64,000 bases of DNA from Dicyema japonicum (taxonomy: Eukaryota; Animalia; Dicyemida): the NCBI GenBank assembly GCA_011109175.1, contig RDEW01000030.1:490094-554093 (forward strand). Reading direction: 5' to 3'. The notes under the pieces are model-generated. The model did not search any database and was not told where the DNA came from. It worked only from the letters and a program-made list of their open reading frames with translations. Of this stretch, positions 11,380-23,107 are shown piece by piece. Made by a program: the position numbers and the translations under genes. Position 1 is the first letter of the stretch. Each line of letters begins with the position of its first letter.

Positions 11380-12910
11380 AACCACTATCACGTATCCCGA
11401 TGCGTTCCACCAAAATCCTCATCCTTTCCCGGTGTTCCTCCCTTGTGCCCACACAAGGTCCACTGGCGGCTGACTGTATTTGCAAGGTCACCTTCCCGCA
11501 TGCTGGAGTTTAGTTTGATGAGGGCCTCAAGAGTAGTCGGTCCGGTTCTGTGTCTCCCACAAGTCCACCGCTCCGTGACTCTGAAAGCCTTCTTTTGTAC
11601 GTCCTCAATATTCTTAGTATTCGTCCATGATAATGAAGGTCTCACGAAGCACACGCGTGCGAGAAGCATGGTTCAATGCATTGTTTGTAGATATTCATCA
11701 AAATCGGGTGAGTACCGGTCTTCCATATTTCATATAAACATTTCAATACATTGATTTTCTTCTCGCACTTCAGAACAATGTTTGCCACGTGTGGTGACAA
11801 ACATAAGTGCGCATCCAGTGTCACGCCCAGGATCTTCTGACATTTGCTGAAGGAGATTTCAGCGTTGTCTAATTTTAAGGCGATAGTCTTTTTCCCCAAA
11901 AGTAAACATAGACGTGACAGACTTTTTGGAATTTACCGTGAGTCGGTTCTTCATTACCCAGGCGTTGAGTCGGTCCAGGTTAATTTGTAATTTTTTGTAG
12001 CATTTTGAATATCCCGATCACGCGAGGCCAAAACAATGTCGTCCGCATATGAGAGTAGAACATCGTTATTGGATTCCAATGTCGGGAGGTCGGCCAGGTA
12101 TAAATTGAATAAGGCGGGAAATAAATTTTATCAAATTGTTAACGTCTCGTTGAATATAGTCATCCTCGGGGGAAGTTTCTTCGCCTTTGCAACATTTCGG
12201 ATGGCTTTCCACACTTCTCCGGTACTACGGTTGCGATTTACTTTTGTAAGAATCCGATTCCACTTCGATTTCTGGGCCTTGAACTCTCTGGCCTTTATTT
12301 CGTTGTTTGGAGCTCTGATCCAGAGTTTCGTTTATAATGTGATCCAATTAGATTTTTTGAGGTGATTTCTTTCTTTTATCAATGCCGACTTCCCTCGACC
12401 ATTAGAGGAATTTAGACGATGCTTGGGGATAGCCAATGATCTTGCTCCTAGGATTGTGCAAGTAAAATATTTGATCGCTTTTTCTATCGATTTGAAGCTG
12501 TCCAAGTAACAATTCTTCAGTCTATCATCAAAAAATACAATTCCCAATTAGCAGCTTTGTAGTTATAACTAGCAGGTGTTCTTCTCACTCTGACTTCTCT
12601 CATGACCTTCATCACAATTGGATTATGGTCGCTTCTTGTTTCGTAGAAAACTGACCAATCAATTTTGATGAAAGCGACGATGAGCAGAGTTTTACGTCCG
12701 ATGAGGTAGGCTGATCCGTCTCTCTCTGAGTGGGGTCTTTGTATTTTTTGCTGGATCGTTCAGTATCGGTAGGGAGTCAGATTTCAATAACAATATGGAG
12801 TTTAGTTTCTTGAATCATGGCCACGTCGATCTTCTGATTTGCCAGGATTGAACAGAGTTCCCTGACCTTGCCTTTAATTCCGTTGATGTTCAATTGGAGA
12901 GCAGTAAATT
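11380..12910 (-). mobile_element. Decayed jockey/I-like LINE (APE endonuclease plus RT)
   Basis: WNINGIKGKVRELC...AMIQETKL (APE start), PTLFNLYLADLP...SYADDIV (RT core) and KILGVTLDAHL; many stops and deletions. Confidence 0.85.
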
Positions 12911-12959
12911 TCCTTTCTCCACAGTGGGCTGAAGGTTTTCGCCGGGAATGTAAATTAAA

Positions 12960-13325
12960 AAATCTTTATGTTTATGTGGCATTAATGGATCCGACCAACG
13001 ATGACGTATGCAAGTCCTTCATGGGCAATGCAGATCTCACGATCTTCCTCATTGAAACTATCCGCAATCGAGAAGACTGCAATAAGGTTAATTGGACCAG
13101 AACACAAAATCCAACCCATTGAAAATTTCTTAATTGAATTACAACGGAAACTCTTAAAGGAGGCTATTTTACCGAGCTGCCCTCTATTCCATACACTATT
13201 GAATTATTTACAATCATACAGAAATTTTGAGCCGATGCCATGTCCAATGAGAAGAGCTGTTCAGGATTCTCAACCCCGCCGGATTTGTCTTCTCCTTTGT
13301 CGGTCTAAGATCACTTATTATTATT
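12960..13325 (+). mobile_element. LINE 3' fragment (jockey/I-like)
   Basis: ORF 13001-13327 MTYASPSWAMQISRSSSLKLSAIEKTAIRLIG is a typical post-RT region and ends in (TTA)n. Confidence 0.6.
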
Positions 13326-16060
13326 AGCACTTTCACGAGAGCCATAATATTTATAGCCCCGCATGTGCAGCAAAAAATATAAGAGAATTAGTTAGGTTGT
13401 TCCAAGCTCTTCTGTTCTTTGCTAGGTCCCTCAGTGAGTCCAGATCGTCACCAGATGCCAATGTTTTTTTCACGGCTTTCAGATCGTTTTGTAGAACGAC
13501 CGGGAGGGTAGTTCTCGGTCTTCCACGAAAGCGTTTTACATTGGAGGAGTAGTAATCTTCCATTGCGATGTTCGGAGGGGATATCGGGTCCAACCTCAGG
13601 ACGTGTCCAAAAAGTCTCCAACGAGAGCTAATGATCTCGTGGCTTAATGGTATACAGTCACACTTATTGTACAGTCCATTCCGCGAGATCTTGGATGGCC
13701 AGGACATTCCAGTTATGTTTCTTAGATGATTCCTGTGAAATGAGTCTAGCCTCTCCAATTCCTCTTTAGAGGTGGCCCAGGTCCCAAAGTTGTATAGTAG
13801 AATTGGTTTGATGAAAGTGTCGTATAACATAATCCTTTGTTTTATGTTACATCCTTTCCGTTTTAGCCAAAGATTTTTAAGCCTTTGTAATGCCGCATTT
13901 GCCAATGTTTCTCTCCGTATGATGTCTTCGCTATCTCCTAGTAGTGAGCCAAGTTTCTTTATGTGTCTCCATTTTTTCTTCAAGTGAGTTTTCATTCATT
14001 TTATCTCTGTCCGTTCTGTTTTTTCCCTGTGTTTTTGTTTCAAATTCCTTGAGTAGGTTTTCCAACTCTCACAGGAGTCTGTGTTAGATAGAAGGATTTG
14101 AATCATTCTTAGACTCGATTCGTCAATAAAACCCTTTTAGCACTGTCATCAATTTTTTCCTGTTAATCGAGTCAAAGGCTTTTGATAGATCTATTCCCAG
14201 AATGTGGATGGCATTGCAATATCTTTGATGTGTTGCACATCTCCATCTGTGACTCCAGACTGCATCAGCTGTTGATCTTCCTTCTTTGAACCCACTTTGA
14301 CTTTCGGGTAGGTATTCATAGGCGGTCTTTTATTCGTTCAGTACAATGTTAGCTAAGACTTTCCGTAGAGAATTTGATAATATAATAGGTCGTAAGTTTT
14401 TCAACCGGTCCTTTGGGTTTATTGGGTTTTGTATAGGTATTAGTAATCCCGTTCCCAGGGGCAAGGTTGAGTTAGTTGAAAACATTTCATTTAGTAGTGT
14501 AGCGATTTTTTCAAAAAGGGGGTCAGGCCCGTATTTCAGTAATTCTTGGTTTATCCTATCTGGTCCAGGGCATCTGTTATTTTTTAGTTTTTGACATGCT
14601 GTTTTTACTTCCAAAATTGAAATTGGTTCTTTTAAAGGTCTAGGCTTTCCTTTGAATGGGGGATTGCTGTAGCCACATTAAAAAGTTTCTCAAAATGTGT
14701 TGCAATTATCTCTGCTTGCTCTTCAGTATTCAGTAATGTCTTGCCATTTTTGTCTTTGATGATTATTCGTTCCTTCCGTTTGTGTGACGTAGTAAAACGA
14801 GCGGCCATATACATTTGTGAATTATCCTTTAGTTTGGATACTTCATTGATTTTTCGAAGAAGTTCTTCTTGGTGAAGTGTCTTGTTCAGTCTCCTGATTT
14901 TTCTACGGATTTGGTCCCTCTGTCCCCTTGAAGGACTTTTCTCTTGTTATAGTCTTTTTCGATTAATTTTTTGTATGGATTTCTTTTAACTCCTTTGCTA
15001 ATTCCTTTACTAGTTCCGTATTTGTCGTCAGACCCTTACTGGCAATCTCCCGCCTGCCGAGGTACTGGCTTGCTGCTTCGATTATTATATACTTTGTGTG
15101 ATCCACGAAATTCCTACTGTTTGGTCCTTCAGATGAGAGCAGATGTGTTTTTGGTAATTTTGACTGTGTCTGGATGAGAGATCAGTTTTCCCGTTGTGTA
15201 TCCATTTCTTGTATTCTCAATATTATTGTTTGTAATGTTATTATGTTTCTTATGTTTGATATCATGTTTCGCCAGGCTAAAGGTGATAATAACCATTCTG
15301 TGATCGCTGACAGTTGTTGAACCTTCGTATGAGCGTGCGTTTATAAGAGAGCGTTTGTCATTGATCCGGCATGTAATATAATCAATTTGGTTGTATATAG
15401 GGACTATTTTTCCTTCTGGTTTCTTCGTTCGCCCATCCAAGTGGTTATGTGGCATGCACGATGAGAGAATGCGGTGTTGCACAAGAACAGTTTGTTTGCC
15501 GTGCAGAAATGGCCAAGTATGGTCCCAGGCAAGTTTCTTTTCCCATGTCCGTGTCTTCCATGAAGGTATCTTCTGAGTTTTTTTTTGTTCCGATTTCGCA
15601 TCAGAACGCCAGCAATGAATATAAGTGAGGACGACTCATATTCATTACACGTCTTTGATAATGCTGAGTAAATTCATCCAGTTCGGTCGGGTTTTTTGCC
15701 ACTCTTCCACAGTGTGGTACATATACATTTATAATCCTTAGTGTATTTTTAGGGGAACATTGATTGTTCAGATGAATCTGTATTACGCAGATCCTGTCAT
15801 TCACCCGCCAAATGCGACTGATGTCAGATGATAGTTTTTCTGTGAATGGCGAATCCAAGACCATAGTGTTTTGAGTCACTGGGTAGACATATTAGACGAT
15901 ATCTTCCGTGGTTTTCCTCGAGATAGTACGTATTTTCGTCTCTTGTATACAGCCAATAGAAACGTTATATCTTTCTAGGTCATCACAGAGAGTATTTCTT
16001 GACTGAGGCTTAGATATTCCTCTAGCATTGAATTAAGAAAACTTTAGGGCAAGCATATTC
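13320..16060 (-). mobile_element. Near full-length but inactivated RTE-clade LINE
   Basis: APE (NARGISK..CIQETKI, YNQIDYI, SDHRMV), RT N-terminus (LRPIILSNSLRK, RSTADAVWSHRW, GIDLSKAFD), C-terminal ORF 13351-13995 and a (TAA)n tail; frameshifts present and the QG/YADD core is missing. Confidence 0.92.
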
Positions 16061-16496
16061 TTTTGTAATACACCAACTGGGATCACTTAGTTAGATGAAA
16101 ACTTTTATTTCTTTCTCTTTGACCTAGTGATCCTGGTGGTAATAATAATTAATGGATCCTGATTTTATTGATAAGAGCTTAGATGATTTATTTATGTATG
16201 AAGATAAAGTTATTGACTCTGGTTACAAGAAAGGATACTTTTTTTGAATTTTCCAAAGCCAAGCTTAGTGGACATAATGATGGTTACCAGATTGGATTAA
16301 AACGGGCCATAGAATTGTCCTATTATATTACATTGAGGAATTTACGGCTTAGTAAAATTATTCAAAATCCAAAAAACAAAGATATCACTAATAAGTCGGG
16401 TAAGCTGATGGCTTTCATAGAGAATGCTATGAGAGGCGATAGCTATGATAAATTTGATGCAGATTTGAACACATTAGACAGCTATTTATTTATTTT

Positions 16497-16620
16497 AATA
16501 ACCCCGGGAACACCGAGAAAGAAAGAAAAAAGAGTCAAACAGTTAGGTGATCCAGTATTCAAATTGCTCACCCATCGAAGTAAACAGTGAGGTGGAGAAT
16601 GCCAAATAGCTCCTTTATAC
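16497..16620 (-). repeat. Recurrent LINE 3' terminus (TTTCTC..GTG..CCCGGGGT..A-rich)
   Basis: Same end motif recurs at about 34445, 45412 and 56355, where it terminates jockey/I-like fragments. Confidence 0.6.
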
Positions 16621-16869
16621 GTCTAATACACCAACGTCAAAATTACTCTTCCAAGTTTATGCAAGAACCATGAAATTTATTTGGAAGGGTTGTTCATGAG
16701 TAGGAATCCCGATCAGTTTTGAAATTCGTGGAGACACTTCTGGAAGGCGCTGGGATTTCGGTGGACCACTCGATAATACTTTCAGGAGTTACTAGGATAT
16801 GGATCACTTAAATTAGTTTGCCTTGACACCCTTATTTGGTGGTTATGGGGTGTTTAATAATAACTTAAT

Positions 16870-16970
16870 TAGTGACTGGGTTGACGAGTGACGCCATCGT
16901 CAGTGTTTCACAACTGAGGAACCCGATTGTCTTCTGGGACATACACGATTAAAAAAGAAAAGAAAGTTCA
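16870..16970 (+). repeat. Partial copy of SINE-like family B
   Basis: TTGACGAGTGACGCCATCGTCAGTG...CACGA..AAAAAAGAAAAG matches the body of the 17.9 and 22.1 kb copies. Confidence 0.5.
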
Positions 16971-17396
16971 GCCCAGAACATTATCAATTCCTTGGATTAG
17001 TCTGCTTGACTGTTCTTACTACTTAAATAATGTGTGAGTTCTGCGTAAGCTAAGGAAACATTGCTACTGTTGTCGTAGTGGACTTAATTTTGTTAGTTAG
17101 CTGGTGTATCGAAAATGGTAGAATAATGGTTTGCATAATGACCTGGCTTTTTGCAAAAATGTATTTGTTGCAAGCCTAAATCTTGTAATATTTCACTCTC
17201 AAAGTTAAATCGTAAAACTTAAAAATTTTAAACTAAGGATAAAAGATCAACTCACTGGAAATTAGATTAAGCTTAATGAACTAAGAAGGAAATCGAAAAG
17301 ATGTAGAAATATAAAATATTTCGTAGATGATGGTCAAAAAATGTTTTTTACAAAAAAATAAATTGTAGATCAAGGGAAATTGATCATTAGATTAAA

Positions 17397-17611
17397 ATTA
17401 TTCCAAAGACCATGGGTAATTGAACTAACTAACTCCTTGATCCTGACTCGTTCCAGAATTTGTCTCCAGGTAACGACATTGTCCCCAGAGAAAGAATAGT
17501 TAGATTCTCTTGATGATGGCCAGGCGTTGGGCGTCTCGTCAGTAAGGTAAATCCAATGACGCCATCGAAGGGAAAAACAATAATTTTAGCACCACATGGA
17601 GCCACGCGGCC
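17397..17611 (-). repeat. SINE-like family A copy
   Basis: Bounded by ATTATTCCAAAGACC and GCCACGCGGCC, with core ATCCAATGACGCCATC. Confidence 0.8.
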
Positions 17612-17885
17612 GTAAAGAACGGGAAATTGGTCATTTACAGAAGATCAAGTGATTTCTGTTGTTTTAGGATTAATAGGTTTTTATTAAACTTGTTTCGGAG
17701 AACTATAATTCAGATTTAATCCTAAATTATATTCGAAAAGACCATTAGTCAACAACCACCCAGAGTAGTTCCTCTTGGAGACCACTCCTTTTAAGTCCGA
17801 GCATGCGAAGATTGCTGAGGGAGGCTGGGATCACCTGAAGCCAACTGTGATCGCTAGCAGTCGATCTTTTCTATAATAATAACAT

Positions 17886-18235
17886 CCTTTTCACGAGAGC
17901 CATAATATTTATAGCTCCGCATAGCCAGGACACACACTTTATTTAAGTAAAGAGCAGTTAATTTTAACTAATCGTAGAACCAAGAAATGATCTTCACTTC
18001 TTCTTTTTTTCTTATGTGTGGGTCCTTTCTAGACTATCCAGTTCCGTAGTGAATATCCACTGAAGACGGCGTCACTCATCAAGCCCTTTTAGCATCGATC
18101 TTATCTATGATGAAAAATATCGAGAAAAAAGTGAGTATAGCTTATAACGTGAACGTTATGCTTGGATTTGCTACCCCATACAGCGGCTGCCTTTATGGCT
18201 TCCTCTAGACACGCCACTTTTTCCGCCACGGATTA
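17886..18235 (-). repeat. SINE-like family B copy carrying the RTE 3' tail
   Basis: Ends in GCTATAAATATTATGGCTCTCGTGAAA, identical to the RTE tail at 13331-13357, but the upstream body is non-RTE and shared with 22062-22230. Confidence 0.75.
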
Positions 18236-18639
18236 ATAATCACGGTACCGAGTGAAGAACCTACCAAGCTTGGAGATCTTCCTCGTAGCTTTACCAACTG
18301 TGATCACGTCCCTACGATATTGACCACAACAAACGACCTTCTTTTTATTCAGCAATTTCACTATAAGGTTTCCAGGTAAATAGTGTCACTTTCTGATCAT
18401 TAACATTGGGATAAGGGTAAATATATTTTTTTGAAAAAACAACATCTTAAAACTCGTCGATTTCAGCATCCTAAAGATCAGACAGGTCGGATTTTTCAGT
18501 ATCCTAAATACCAAGACGTGGAAGAGCTGTTTAAGGGTTTTATCCCTACAATCCTGTAGTGGTATTAGAACCAGAAATTGTGTCAATGACTATGCCGGCC
18601 ATTGATTAATTTTTCCGGAATCTTTAAAAATTTTGTTAT

Positions 18640-18800
18640 GAAAAGGGAATCGTAGACCCGATCATTATTTTTGATAATGCTCGTATCAATCATTTTACTG
18701 AGAATAGAGAATTTTTTAAAAATAGCAAACTTCCACGTTCCATCACCCCCATTCTCAATCAGAGAATGTATTCAGCACGTTTCCAGAGGAGGGCTGAAAA
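18640..18800 (+). mobile_element. Tc1/mariner DDE relic
   Basis: IIFDNARINH and PILNQ-ENVFST resemble the DNAxxH and SPxLNPIE motifs; heavily decayed. Confidence 0.4.
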
Positions 18801-18829
18801 TAAGAAAAATCTAAAAAAGGTTGTTTTTA

Positions 18830-19351
18830 CTTTTAAAAAATTAGTGACGCTATTGGTCAGGAAACCTTATATTTTTTGCCCAGATCAAATCTCCATTTCC
18901 ATGATCTTCATGATCAATTTCCCTATCTTAGCACTTTAATTTGCTGAAAAATAGTAATGTTGACAGTCCTGTTAATATGAATCTCAACCACTTCACTCCC
19001 GATGACCTCATCCTCGTCCCTTAATACTAAGAAAGCCATTTACTTTATTCTGACATACAAACTTCTTGGGAATTTCCTAAATGATGTAAATTACTCTGTG
19101 TGTTGGCATTTGGTTTTGCCTCCATATCATGGAAAGTATCAGCCCCTTAATGAGAAATCGACACTTTGTAAGATGTTGCAGGATGGATCATTGATCTCCC
19201 TCACTCCACTGGAGGGGTTCACATATCTACATTTTTCCTTATCCTGGAAGAATGTAGACGTGAATAATGTCATATTTTGCTCTTCTCCTGTGAGGACGTC
19301 ATTGAACAGAACATACCATAACTCAAAACAGTACAAGATAGTAACTTTCAA
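18830..19351 (-). CDS. Candidate orphan gene, possibly secreted and Cys-containing, head-to-head with SMN
   Basis: ORF 19139-19351 has a hydrophobic start (MKVTILYCFELWYVLF) and apparent short GT-AG introns downstream; no recognisable homology; 3' end uncertain. Confidence 0.35.
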
Positions 19352-19560
19352 ATAGTAATTTTAAAAATATAAATTATTATAAGGAAAAGGAAAAAGAATA
19401 GTTAATTTTAATTTTAATTCAGCTGTTGGGAGATGCACAAGCTATTCCCACGGACAACAGCCAACGAGAGCCTCTCCTTGAGCCATCTCGTATAGTAATT
19501 TTTAAATCAGTAAATAATAAATTTATTTTAGTCTAATTTAACTAATATTTAGTAATTTAA

Positions 19561-20054
19561 ATGGGTGATCATGCTGATGATGAATTCAAAAATTTAGAAA
19601 TTTATAACAAAAATGAGGTGGGATTCTATATTATTTTACATAGTCCTGTGATTCAGACCTTTGGGATGACAGTGCCTTGATTGCTGCTTACGAAACAGCT
19701 ATGGGGAGGGTAATTTCAATGTTCACCATAGAATTATCGAAAAAAGAAAAGGAAATCAAAATCCTCAAAAAATTCGGCAAAAAGACTCCAAAAATCAGTC
19801 ACAGAGGACTGCAGCACAACATTTACTGAGGACCCCAATGTCTGCAACGAGGCTGACCAAAACGTGCCCTTTAACAATTGTGAGGACCAAGACAACATGA
19901 TAACACTAATTTTGGGAAAACTCAGAATGCAGTCCCGCCTCCAATTCCGCCAGATTTGATGACTCCACATAACGGAGATCTTCTCAACAACCTACTCATT
20001 TCCTGGTACATGGCTGGATATTATGCAGGCCTCTACCAGTCCTCAAGACAGTGA
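19561..20054 (+). CDS. SMN: Survival motor neuron protein, short form without Tudor domain
   Basis: N-terminal Gemin2-binding motif DSDLWDDSALIAAYETAM, Pro-rich VPPPIPP and YG box LLISWYMAGYYAGLY; introns 19618-19643 (26 nt) and 19710-19731 (22 nt); one unexplained frame change between about 19884 and 19957. Confidence 0.9.
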
Positions 20055-20569
20055 TTATAAGATAAACCTACTTTTTTACCTAAATGTTCAAAAACCTTCT
20101 TTTATCTTTTTAAGGATATAAAACTGCAAATATAAGTACTAAATGGATTACCTACCTTCCGATGAGGTTTTGTCTCCATCTCTAGTCGGAAGGGGGATTC
20201 GAATGAATCATAGAACCAGCAACATAGTACCACATTAATTGCAGTATTTACTTGGGGTTATTACTGAATACTGGTGATGTTTTCAACTTCCTACATTTTA
20301 TTGACTCAGGATATATCACTAAGATGTTAGTTGAGGATTAATTAAGTGTATTCAGTTCCATAATTACCAACATAGACATGTACTTTCAGAATCAAACACA
20401 AGTTCATCCAGACCAGATGAAGATAACGTTCAGATAGGAGCAGCTTTGAATTGGAACGTCCTCAATCTGAGGTTAATTCCTTTAATGGAAGTAACACAAT
20501 CTATAGTAATTGAATAAATTCTGGAGTCGTAGGAGAGAAAATGGAAGTATCGGACAAAGGCTTACCTAG

Positions 20570-20680
20570 AAGAGACGCGAACCCCGTGAAGGACTCTGGT
20601 TGAGTCAGAGGCTTGAAATGGCGGTGATCAGAGAGAGAACGCCTCACAATCCTGGCCTCTTAACTAAATTAAATAATTTA
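20570..20680 (+). mobile_element. CRE-like non-LTR element, 3' fragment
   Basis: REPREGLWLSQRLEMAVIR is nearly identical in motif to the ORF end at 47820-47907. Confidence 0.7.
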
Positions 20681-20885
20681 ACTAAATACTTAAAATTCAG
20701 TGATATAGTTTAAATTTAAAACCTATTTTTTTAATTTATTTGCCCCTGATCTATTCAAGTAAAAAAAGTGGTAACAACCAAAAGCTAACGTTTCCAGAGA
20801 TCAACCTGATATATCTGATGTAGGCGAAGAAGTAGAAGGACGTCAGAGACAAGAAAAGAAGTGAACCGTCTGTGGTCGTCTAGAA

Positions 20886-21615
20886 CAGTGGTTTTCAACA
20901 AGATACGAATCGCCTCTTCATAAACCCTTTTGGTTGCAATGTGGTACAGTGTATTCCAATGAGGCCATCGCGCTTAATTATTATTTATTAATCGCGCTTA
21001 ATAGAACATTTAAAGCGTAAACATCCCAACTCAATTGGAAAAAAAATAATTATGAAAATATAAACAACTTTAACTTCTCGTTTTAATAAAAGTATATTTC
21101 AAAATGTTTCTGGACTATTTTATTCATACAAAGTTGCAGACATAATTGCAAAAACAGGTTTTACGATTTGTAAAATTATGCAATTCCATCGTTGATTTTT
21201 TTAAATCGGTGAAGAACTAGCTAGAAACTTTTGAATCCAAGACTTTGGATCGCTATCGTTGATTCCCCGTCATGGATATTTTGATGCGGGATGGAGTATC
21301 CTCAATTTAGATCTATGAAGTCATTATAGCTATAAAATTAAATCATCATATCGGATAGGACGATGGCTTCGAGGATATGCTTAAGTCTACAAAAACTGTT
21401 GATAAACACTGACGAAAATATAATCGAATTACATGACGCAAGTCTTGTGGAACGAGAAAGGATAAAGAACAGATTTAAAAAAATTGCCTCTTGTGGTCAT
21501 GTATATTTCTTAGTCACTTTATTATTTCTTCGTCATTGAACGTGCAAGTTTGAAAAATTGGAGAGGCGAAAAAAAATTTGCGGGGGCGATTAAATAAAAA
21601 GGTTGAGAACCACTG
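20886..21615 (+). mobile_element. Internally deleted hAT-Buster element with both TIRs and a perfect 8-bp TSD
   Basis: TIRs CAGTGGTTTTCAAC and GTTGAGAACCACTG; TSD GTCTAGAA at 20878-20885 and 21616-21623; internal relics HLKRKHPN and SYKVADIIAKTG. Confidence 0.92.
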
Positions 21616-21623
21616 GTCTAGAA

Positions 21624-21975
21624 CCTAGCCACTACTTTTAATTTAGCCAAGTGCTTAATTGGCCGGAAGATGGTTGATCCACCTCTATTGCGCAAAATGT
21701 CTAGTTAGCTTTATGGTGGATGAAAACTCTTGACTTTCTGTTTCTTGTGGACATGGACGAGTTGAAGAGCTAAAGAGACGTCGGAAACCCATGTTCTGAA
21801 CAGAGGAAGTGTCGGATACGTTTAGGATTCGAGTTCGAATTTTTTCCATAAAAAATTAAAAGAACTTGGAGGATCACCTATCTGAAGCTGCAAAACCAAA
21901 AACCAACCTTTCTAGTCTATTAGAGCCCTCATCTTGGCTTACCAAAGATTGTAAGCCTGGGGTTAATAATAATAA
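21624..21975 (+). mobile_element. LINE 3' fragment interrupted by the hAT insertion
   Basis: Ends in GTAAGCCTGGGGTT(AAT)n like the 8.7 kb terminus. Confidence 0.55.
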
Positions 21976-22061
21976 TCTATTACATAAGAACCAAATTATT
22001 CGTCCGGTAATCGAGGCACCACATGGGTTAGCAGATAAATTAGAATTTTATATATTAGCAG

Positions 22062-22230
22062 CCTTTTCACGGAAGCCATAATATTTATAGCTTTGCATAG
22101 GCCTGACACACACTATATTGAAATATGATAACTAATCGTAGAGGCTCTTAACTTATTTTTTTGTTGTGTGTGAGTATTTTATAAATAATCAGGTTTCGCA
22201 ATGAAGATTTATTGATGACGGCGTTACTCG
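22062..22230 (-). repeat. SINE-like family B copy
   Basis: GAGTAACGCCGTC core, CTACGATTAGTT, GTGTGTGTC and RTE-type tail GCTATAAATATTATGGCTTCCGTGAAAAGG. Confidence 0.75.
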
Positions 22231-22654
22231 ACAATTCAAAGCACATTTGACTGCTGGCGTTAACCGCATTTCTTTTTGCAAAGAGGTGAACGATGTTACT
22301 AAAAATTTATCCGTGGAGGTTTTTAAGTGGTTCTTCGAGAACCAAAGATCAACCAGGTTTAATGATTCTTTTACGGATCGTGTCTCTTCTTAAACTCTTC
22401 GATGTTTCGCTGCAATTAGCGTAGGACAAAAGATGAAGTTTGGAGTAACATGTGAAAGGTTTTTAACTGCAAGTAAAATGAAAGGTTTTTAAGAAAATGC
22501 AGAATATCAAACAATAATTGACTAAATATTATAATTTTCATTAATTATTTTTTTAATTTAAGTATTACATAATAATTAAAATGTATAGACTGTTAAACCT
22601 AATAAAATAAAATAAAATGACCACAATAATTTTTACTTTGAATTTGTATTGTGA

Positions 22655-23107
22655 ATGGCAAAGGGTAAGTCTAAAATTCAAATAAAATACATTAAAAATA
22701 CAATCAAACGAAGACAGACTCTAAGCAAACGCAAGCATGGTCTCATGAAAAAAGTAATCCATATTTTCTAAAAATAGATCCACGAATTCTCCATTCTGAC
22801 AGGCTGTGAGACTGCGGCAGTCATTCTCAGTCCGACAAATAATGTGTACTGCATTGCAAGCAAAAAGTTAAAACCTCTTGTTCACAATTTGCTCGGGACA
22901 AAATCAATAGTTTCTTCTGCATTAACGACTTCAAATGTTATAACATAATTTATTCCATAGAACACCAAGGAAACCGGGGGACCAGAGGAATCGGATTATC
23001 CTTATAATTACAATGGTGAATTTTCTAATTTTTACCCCGAAGAATGTTTGTCGAAATTTTATTTTAGATTTTTCTTCAAGTCCTACTTCCCTCATTCATA
23101 TTATTAA
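22655..23107 (+). CDS. SRF: SRF-type (type I) MADS-box transcription factor, minimal
   Basis: MAKGKSKIQIKYIKNTIKRRQTLSKRKHGLMKK/IHEFSILTGCETAAVILSPTNNVYCIASKKLKPLV; introns 22754-22777 and 22937-22960 (24 nt each); 3' end approximate. Confidence 0.85.
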
